Source: an uncultured Alphaproteobacteria bacterium
GTDB lineage: Bacteria > Pseudomonadota > Alphaproteobacteria > Micavibrionales > UBA1664
Reading direction: 5' to 3'
NCBI GenBank assembly: GCA_943789475.1
Contig: CALSUG010000008.1
Span: 183,053 to 247,052, forward strand
DNA: 64,000 bases
Shown here: piece by piece, positions 58,638 through 64,000 of the stretch
Layout: every line of letters begins with the position of its first letter
Numbering within the stretch: position 1 is the stretch's first letter
The notes under the pieces: model-generated
Told to the model about the DNA's origin: nothing
Seen by the model: only the letters and a program-made list of their open reading frames with translations
Database searches by the model: none
Position numbers and translations under genes: made by a program

Positions 58638-59095
58638 GTGAAATCGAACGTTTTTTTCGGTACTCTATTTTTTTGTTCTTTGTTTAATTCTGTTGTAGCA
58701 TCTTCATAAACTACAATGGCTGCTTTTGCTAAATCATCAGGTGTATTGAGCAGTTTTGGTTCTAATAAATGACCGCTGTGATAAAAATAGATACCATCTT
58801 CCTTCCATTCAAGACCTAAACTTGTGGCTCCCATATTGTCATTAGTATCAACGAGTACAAAGCTAATTTTTGCAGATGTTGCACTGTTTACTGTTGGAGT
58901 GACTCTCATTTCTTTTGCATCATTACGTTGTTGAAAGATACCAGCAACTAATTGAGGAAGTTGTTCAAATATATCATCGAATTTATTGAGTTCTTTAAAA
59001 ATGGCTGTCGCCAATTCGGCTAGTGTCATGTTTGGATTTGTCATTTTCTGTACCCTCTTTCTGATTTTTATAAACATAATAAATTTCAGTGTCAA
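58634..59095 (-). CDS. hypothetical protein
   Basis: Track ORF; the start may be the internal ATG at 59042-59044. Confidence 0.4.
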   Translation of the reverse strand: MTLKFIMFIKIRKRVQKMTNPNMTLAELATAIFKELNKFDDIFEQLPQLVAGIFQQRNDAKEMRVTPTVNSATSAKISFVLVDTNDNMGATSLGLEWKEDGIYFYHSGHLLEPKLLNTPDDLAKAAIVVYEDATTELNKEQKNRVPKKTFDFT

Positions 59096-59152
59096 TAAAA
59101 ATGTAAAATACTACCTATGGCAATTTGCATACAAATCACCTAAATTCAGATT

Positions 59153-59809
59153 ATGTCTGATATTAAAATTGCCCCATCAATGTTGTCTTGTAATTTTTCC
59201 AATTTGGAAAATGAATTAAAACGTATTGATAATGCAGGGGCGGATTATATTCACCTTGATGTTATGGATGGTCATTTTGTACCCAACATTACATTTGGTG
59301 CGCCAGTCATAAAGGCGATGCGCCCGCATACGGACAAGGTGTTTGACGTTCATTTGATGATTAATCCGGCCGCGCCTCATATCGAAGATTTCGCAAATGC
59401 AGGGGCGGATATTATCACCATTCATGCCGAGGCGGACACACACACACACCGTGTTTTACAACAAATAAAATCATTGGGTAAAAAGGCAGGTCTTGCACTT
59501 AACCCTGCAACGCCGACGGACATTTTAGATCATGTGATGGATTTGGTCGATTTAATTTTGGTGATGACGGTTAATCCTGGTTTTGGTGGACAATCATATA
59601 TTCCATTAGAAGATAAAATCGCCGATGTTCGTACACGTATAGAGGCATCAGGCCGTGATATTGATTTACAAATTGATGGTGGCGTAACGGATCAAACAAT
59701 TGGCGAAGCCCGCGCAGCAGGCGCAAACGTATTTGTCGCAGGCACATATGTGTTTAAAGATGGCGTCGATACATACGCCGATAAAATTTCGACATTAAAA
59801 GGCGCATGA
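59153..59809 (+). CDS. rpe: ribulose-phosphate 3-epimerase
   Basis: IAPSMLSCNF, HLDVMDGHFVPNITFG and VNPGFGGQ. Confidence 0.9.
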   Translation: MSDIKIAPSMLSCNFSNLENELKRIDNAGADYIHLDVMDGHFVPNITFGAPVIKAMRPHTDKVFDVHLMINPAAPHIEDFANAGADIITIHAEADTHTHRVLQQIKSLGKKAGLALNPATPTDILDHVMDLVDLILVMTVNPGFGGQSYIPLEDKIADVRTRIEASGRDIDLQIDGGVTDQTIGEARAAGANVFVAGTYVFKDGVDTYADKISTLKGA

Positions 59810-59813
59810 GGTC

Positions 59814-61418
59814 ATGACATCTGGGTGGCTTAAATCATTAAGTCATAAGGCGGCGCAGGTGAAAATTCTTCACCCCCTTTATAATGTCTCTCTTGGATCA
59901 CTTGAAAATGGATTGAATTTTAACGGATTTCCACCAGATTTATTTGGTGGTGATGCCGGACGTGGACGATGGGTGGCCAATGGATCGCTAGATATAAATG
60001 GTTTACGTGTACCGATTGATTTTGATCATTGGTATATTGATGCACAAACACAAGACACACCGTTTTTTGATAAATTGCATGGGTTTGAATTTTGCGCTGA
60101 ATTAAAATCGCTGGGTGGAGAGGTTAGCCGTAAAACATTACGAAATATTACCGAGCAGTGGTTGAATAAATTTGAAAATTATAATGAATTGATATGGTCA
60201 CCGATGTTGACGTCGGCGCGATTGGTGAATTGGATGATGATATATCCATACGCATTTGAAACGGCACCAGATGAATTTCAAAATCGACTACAAACATCGT
60301 TTTATAAACAATATATGCATTTGAAATATCACCTAAGTAAAAGCCAATCATTGGATGTTTTCGATCGATTTGCATGTTTATGGGCAATTGTGATTATACA
60401 ATCATATTGTTTGGATTTGGTGGATGATATTGAAATGCAAAGCCACTTGCAATTAATCCAAGGTGCAGTAGATGATATATCGTTGAATGATGGAGGATTG
60501 GTTGATCGTAATCCACAAAATTTGATTGAAATGGCAAAGGCATTATTGCTTTTAAAGCAGGTGTTAAAACAAACACAGAAACAGTCCCCATTGTGGATTG
60601 ATAAAAAATCAGAAACGATCATACGGATTCTTTCGGCATTAACGCATAATGATAAAGATATGCCGTTATTCCAAGGCGCAACAATAAAAAATAAGGATGA
60701 TATTGATAAGATTATTAAAATTGCATCTTTGCGTTTGCGAAGACATGACGTGTCATTGCCTGATTATGGGTACAGCGCGATACGAAAGGGGCGCACATCG
60801 GTGATTATTGATCATGGTCATAAGGGCGAACATGTATCGCCCTTGGCGTTTGAAATGGGGTATGCTGGTAATCGTATTGTTGTGAATTGTGGTACGTATT
60901 TAAAGGGTGACCATACATGGAGTGAAAGTTTAGCAGGTATAAATGCTCACTCAACATTGTCGATTGATAATATAGAGCCAAAGCAGATATTTTGTAATGC
61001 CAAGGCATCGGTTGAAAACGTGAATGGCGCATCATTATTTGTGGGTAGTCATGAAGGATATGTGGCAGACCATAGCATGACACACACACGACGTATTTTT
61101 TTAGATTCTAAAGGTGAAGATTTGCGAGGTGAAGATTTGTGTGTGCGTAATATTGCGATTAAACCTGTGCCCATCACATTGCGGTTTCATCTACACCCAC
61201 TTGTGAAGGCATCCATGATTGATGATCATTCCAAAATTCTTATTCGTCTTCCCACGGGAAGTGGATGGAATTTTCAATGTTCCATGGGTGATATAAAATT
61301 AGAAGATAGCGTTTATTGTGGGGGTGGGTTTAATATTCGTAAGTCACAGCAAATTTGTGTGTCCATTCCTATGGACGATTTGAATCTACAGATGAAATGG
61401 GCATTTAAACGACAATAA
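59814..61418 (+). CDS. heparinase II/III-like family protein (tentative)
   Basis: Assigned from size and recollected family resemblance and from its position after rpe; no diagnostic motif could be verified by eye. Confidence 0.4.
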   Translation: MTSGWLKSLSHKAAQVKILHPLYNVSLGSLENGLNFNGFPPDLFGGDAGRGRWVANGSLDINGLRVPIDFDHWYIDAQTQDTPFFDKLHGFEFCAELKSLGGEVSRKTLRNITEQWLNKFENYNELIWSPMLTSARLVNWMMIYPYAFETAPDEFQNRLQTSFYKQYMHLKYHLSKSQSLDVFDRFACLWAIVIIQSYCLDLVDDIEMQSHLQLIQGAVDDISLNDGGLVDRNPQNLIEMAKALLLLKQVLKQTQKQSPLWIDKKSETIIRILSALTHNDKDMPLFQGATIKNKDDIDKIIKIASLRLRRHDVSLPDYGYSAIRKGRTSVIIDHGHKGEHVSPLAFEMGYAGNRIVVNCGTYLKGDHTWSESLAGINAHSTLSIDNIEPKQIFCNAKASVENVNGASLFVGSHEGYVADHSMTHTRRIFLDSKGEDLRGEDLCVRNIAIKPVPITLRFHLHPLVKASMIDDHSKILIRLPTGSGWNFQCSMGDIKLEDSVYCGGGFNIRKSQQICVSIPMDDLNLQMKWAFKRQ

Positions 61419-61475
61419 GAGCATGCTATTGAATGGTATCTAGATTTTTGTTGGTGAAAAGGGCAGTATAAAAGA

Positions 61476-61856
61476 ATGAATGATAATCAAAAGTCTAGTT
61501 CAGACGTTGTTGATCAAGAAACAGTTGAAGAAGTTTTGGATATTCTAGGTAATAAATTTTCAACCATGATTGAAAATTATATCTTGGATACAAAAACAAT
61601 TTTGGCTGGTATGGGGGTCGATCAAGCCGTCGGTGGATATAATGCGATTGCTGAGGGAGCCCACAGTTTAAAATCGTCAAGTTATCAAGTGGGTGCAAAA
61701 TTAGTCAGTTTGCAAGCAAGTGAAATTGAAATCTATATTCGTAAGAATATAGATGAGGCGAACTCGATACTATTTGAAAAACAGATCGAAACGATGGTGC
61801 AAAACTTGCAAAATAATTTTTATGATTATCAAGAGCAGATAAAACGCTATTTATAA
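61476..61856 (+). CDS. Hpt (histidine phosphotransfer) domain protein
   Basis: GAHSLKSSSYQVGA (HxLKxSS motif). Confidence 0.6.
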   Translation: MNDNQKSSSDVVDQETVEEVLDILGNKFSTMIENYILDTKTILAGMGVDQAVGGYNAIAEGAHSLKSSSYQVGAKLVSLQASEIEIYIRKNIDEANSILFEKQIETMVQNLQNNFYDYQEQIKRYL

Positions 61857-61982
61857 TATTTGTCTTGGCATTTTTGTCTTTTGAGACTATAAACAAATCT
61901 ATATTCCCTTTATATTACTAAATATCTCTAAAAAACGGCTTTGGCCGCCACGGGGTATAGGGAAAAGAATAAGGATTTAATA

Positions 61983-62183
61983 ATGGCACAAACAAAGAAG
62001 AAGACTGGTTTTTTTGAATTTTTCCGTCAGGTAAAGGCAGAAGGAAAGAAAACAACATGGCCAACACGTAAGGAAACGACATTGTCGACAATTATGGTGT
62101 TTGTCATGGTAACGATTGCGGCGATATTTTTGTTTGTAACGGATCAAATTGTGGCTAGCGTTATTCGTTGGTTATTGGGATAG
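61983..62183 (+). CDS. secE: preprotein translocase subunit SecE
   Basis: FFRQVKAEGKKTTWPTRKET followed by a single TM. Start taken at MAQTKKK. Confidence 0.8.
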   Translation: MAQTKKKTGFFEFFRQVKAEGKKTTWPTRKETTLSTIMVFVMVTIAAIFLFVTDQIVASVIRWLLG

Positions 62184-62207
62184 AAAGATTTTTTTAGGAG
62201 ATTAAAA

Positions 62208-62738
62208 ATGACAGCACGTTGGTATGTATTACATGTTTATTCAGGGTTTGAACAAAAAATTTCAGACTCTATTATGGAACAAGCAGCGAAAAAAGGTATC
62301 GAGGATCAAATAGAAGAAATTCTCGTCCCGACAGAAGAAGTTGTAGAAATGAAGCGTGGACAGCGCGTAAATACGGAGCGTCGTGTGTTTCCTGGATATA
62401 TTCTAATTAAGATGGAACTATCAGATATCGCATGGAATTTGGTTAAAAATACGGACAAGGTTACGGGTTTCCTTGGTGGTGGACGTAAACCGGTTCCGAT
62501 TTCACAGCGTGAAGCAGAGGCAATGGTTAAACAATTGCAAGAAGGTATTGATACACCACGTCCATCCGTTATTTATGATATTGGTGAAGAGCTACGTGTT
62601 ACGGATGGTCCATTTGCATCTATGAATGGAACTGTTGAAGAAATTGATGAAGAAAAACAAAAACTAAAAGTATCTGTATCAATATTTGGTCGTGCGACAC
62701 CAGTTGAGCTAGATTATTCACAAGTTGAAAAATCGTAG
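62208..62738 (+). CDS. nusG: transcription termination/antitermination factor NusG
   Basis: RWYVLHVYSGFE NGN domain and a C-terminal KOW; follows secE. Confidence 0.9.
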   Translation: MTARWYVLHVYSGFEQKISDSIMEQAAKKGIEDQIEEILVPTEEVVEMKRGQRVNTERRVFPGYILIKMELSDIAWNLVKNTDKVTGFLGGGRKPVPISQREAEAMVKQLQEGIDTPRPSVIYDIGEELRVTDGPFASMNGTVEEIDEEKQKLKVSVSIFGRATPVELDYSQVEKS

Positions 62739-62763
62739 CATATAATTTTATATCTTAAAATTA

Positions 62764-62788
62764 AACCGTCTTTTATGGCGGTTTTTTT
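62764..62788 (+). terminator. intrinsic terminator after nusG
   Basis: ACCGTC-TTTTAT-GGCGGT stem followed by T7. Confidence 0.65.
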
Positions 62789-62792
62789 GTAT

Positions 62793-63746
62793 TCATGGTT
62801 TTTGTATTAGAGTTTTGCGAGGGAGCTCTCTTTTAAATTCACATCCATGTTTCTCTGTGAGAGCATTCTTTAGATCAGTAGAAAAAGAATTTTCAGGAAT
62901 TAAATTGGTTGCAATTAAGGCAGACATAAATGATTGCACCATAACTGGGGCGATCTCTCCATTTGAACAGTATTGTAAAACTTCATCGGGGGTAGCTAAA
63001 ATGAAGCCACCAACTCTTGAGCCCCTTCCATTTTTCTGCATTTGCAACAATGTATTTTCAGGAAGAACAATATCGTAGATAGGGATTTTGCTTGCCTCTC
63101 GACAAATGAATTCATCTCTGTCACGTGTTTCTTTCGTAATTTCTCGATTAAGATAAACGGAGGTGATGTGGTCGACATTACGAGATAGTGCAGTGTATTG
63201 AGGGCCTATTTTTTGTTCAAGCTGATATTTTATCGCTTCTGAATGTGATTTTTCTTGATATCGTACCGCGCCTCCCGTTGCAAAATCAAGTGTTCCTGGT
63301 TCGATAACACCTTGCCCGCGCCTTTGGAGAAGGATTTTATCTTCACCGTTAATTTTACCACGCATTTGAACGGAAACAGCGTCAAGTTGAAATCCAAAGG
63401 CATAGTAGTAAGCATAATCAATTGTGAATTCTGGATTTTTTATATGATCCTTACCTCCTACCTTTAACCGCTCATCCGTATAGTGAGAAGGTTTTTCTTT
63501 TATGGCGCCTTCTTGGATCATGAGATCACGAACTTTGTCCATTGCACCAGATTTATCTTCTAACCCTTCTGCAAAACGTATGGTTTTTCCATCAAATTCA
63601 AAATCGCCTGTGTCTAAGAAAAAATCGCGTAGATGTTTTGGGATATATCCAGTGGTTGTACCTGTTTCAAATGGAACAAAAACATTTGATGTTAAATCAG
63701 CATTATTGTTCGCATGTATAGCGTTAATTATCTTTTTATTATTCAT
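62793..63746 (-). CDS. hypothetical protein, Nudix-fold-like with a degenerate Nudix box
   Basis: ILLQRRGQGVIEPGTLDFATGGAVRYQEKSHSEAIKYQLEQKIG resembles the region around GX5EX7REUXEEXGU, but the REUXEE residues are replaced (KY..EQ). Confidence 0.3.
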   Translation of the reverse strand: MNNKKIINAIHANNNADLTSNVFVPFETGTTTGYIPKHLRDFFLDTGDFEFDGKTIRFAEGLEDKSGAMDKVRDLMIQEGAIKEKPSHYTDERLKVGGKDHIKNPEFTIDYAYYYAFGFQLDAVSVQMRGKINGEDKILLQRRGQGVIEPGTLDFATGGAVRYQEKSHSEAIKYQLEQKIGPQYTALSRNVDHITSVYLNREITKETRDRDEFICREASKIPIYDIVLPENTLLQMQKNGRGSRVGGFILATPDEVLQYCSNGEIAPVMVQSFMSALIATNLIPENSFSTDLKNALTEKHGCEFKRELPRKTLIQKP

Positions 63747-63803
63747 GTAAACACAATAACATTATGGATAATAAAAAAACAAACTTTTAATGATTGTAAA
63801 TAA

Positions 63804-63829
63804 TAAAAAACCCCGCGAAATCGCAGGGT
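63804..63829 (-). terminator. intrinsic terminator after rplA
   Basis: Minus strand: CCCTGCG-ATTT-CGCGGGG (one mismatch) followed by T6. Confidence 0.6.
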
Positions 63830-63855
63830 TTTCTTTAAATTATTTAGTGGGTAAA

Positions 63856-64000
63856 TTAAGCAGCAAGTGATTCAATATCGATCTTTATGCCTGGGCCCAT
63901 TGTTGTCGTCAAAGAAATCTTTTCAATGTAAGTTCCCTTTGCGCCAGCTGGTTTTGCTTTTTGAACAGCAGCGATAAATGCAAGAACGTTTTCTTTTAAT
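63856..64000 (-). CDS. rplA: 50S ribosomal protein L1, C-terminal part (runs off the window)
   Basis: The minus frame reads ..[47 protein letters not shown] with the stop at 63856-63858. Confidence 0.8.
   Translation of the reverse strand, partial: LKENVLAFIAAVQKAKPAGAKGTYIEKISLTTTMGPGIKIDIESLAA

Overview
This is an AT-rich bacterial chromosome segment. The gene content looks alphaproteobacterial and possibly endosymbiont-like: CtaA, a zf-CHCC protein, long-form HPF, single Rsh/SpoT, rpoZ-spoT and secE-nusG. This taxonomic call is an inference. The window has two parts. (A) Positions 1 to about 22112 are visibly more AT-rich accessory DNA, anchored at a tRNA-Gly(UCC) gene next to a tyrosine integrase killed by an in-frame TAG. 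This region holds five small genes, each broken by a single-base frameshift (410-3012). It also holds resistance-like genes: a blasticidin-S-deaminase-like gene, a P-loop kinase, HAD and a bleomycin-resistance-fold VOC. A regulatory module (16684-20163) has three XRE regulators and an EgtD-like methyltransferase. The main item is an intact, tightly packed 12-gene cluster (4153-16689). It contains TWO full-length seryl-tRNA synthetase paralogs, a NodU/TobZ-type carbamoyltransferase, a SAM methyltransferase, a fold-type-II PLP enzyme and an SHMT-like PLP enzyme. It also contains an M20 hydrolase, a PhyH-type dioxygenase, an aldo-keto reductase and two proteins of unknown function. I read this as a candidate, undescribed biosynthetic cluster for a SerRS-targeting or seryl-tRNA-dependent (possibly nucleoside-type) metabolite with built-in self-resistance. 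That reading is an inference from gene content only. (B) Positions 22.2-64 kb are ordinary core genome: glk, GST, hsp20, hpf, serC/serB, fabD, a 994-aa RTX protein, spoT, rpoZ and an RND tripartite efflux pump. Part B continues with glycosyltransferases, ctaA, FNR, fdx, lptF, pepA-holC, rpe, secE-nusG and the 3' end of rplA. Non-coding items include a ~25-30 nt element present three times around the XRE genes, a GC-richer structured intergenic region (20284-20560), a TGCGGACC repeat cluster (1415-1694) and several intrinsic terminators. No CRISPR array, rRNA or complete transposon was seen. All CDS coordinates include the stop codon, as in the supplied ORF track.
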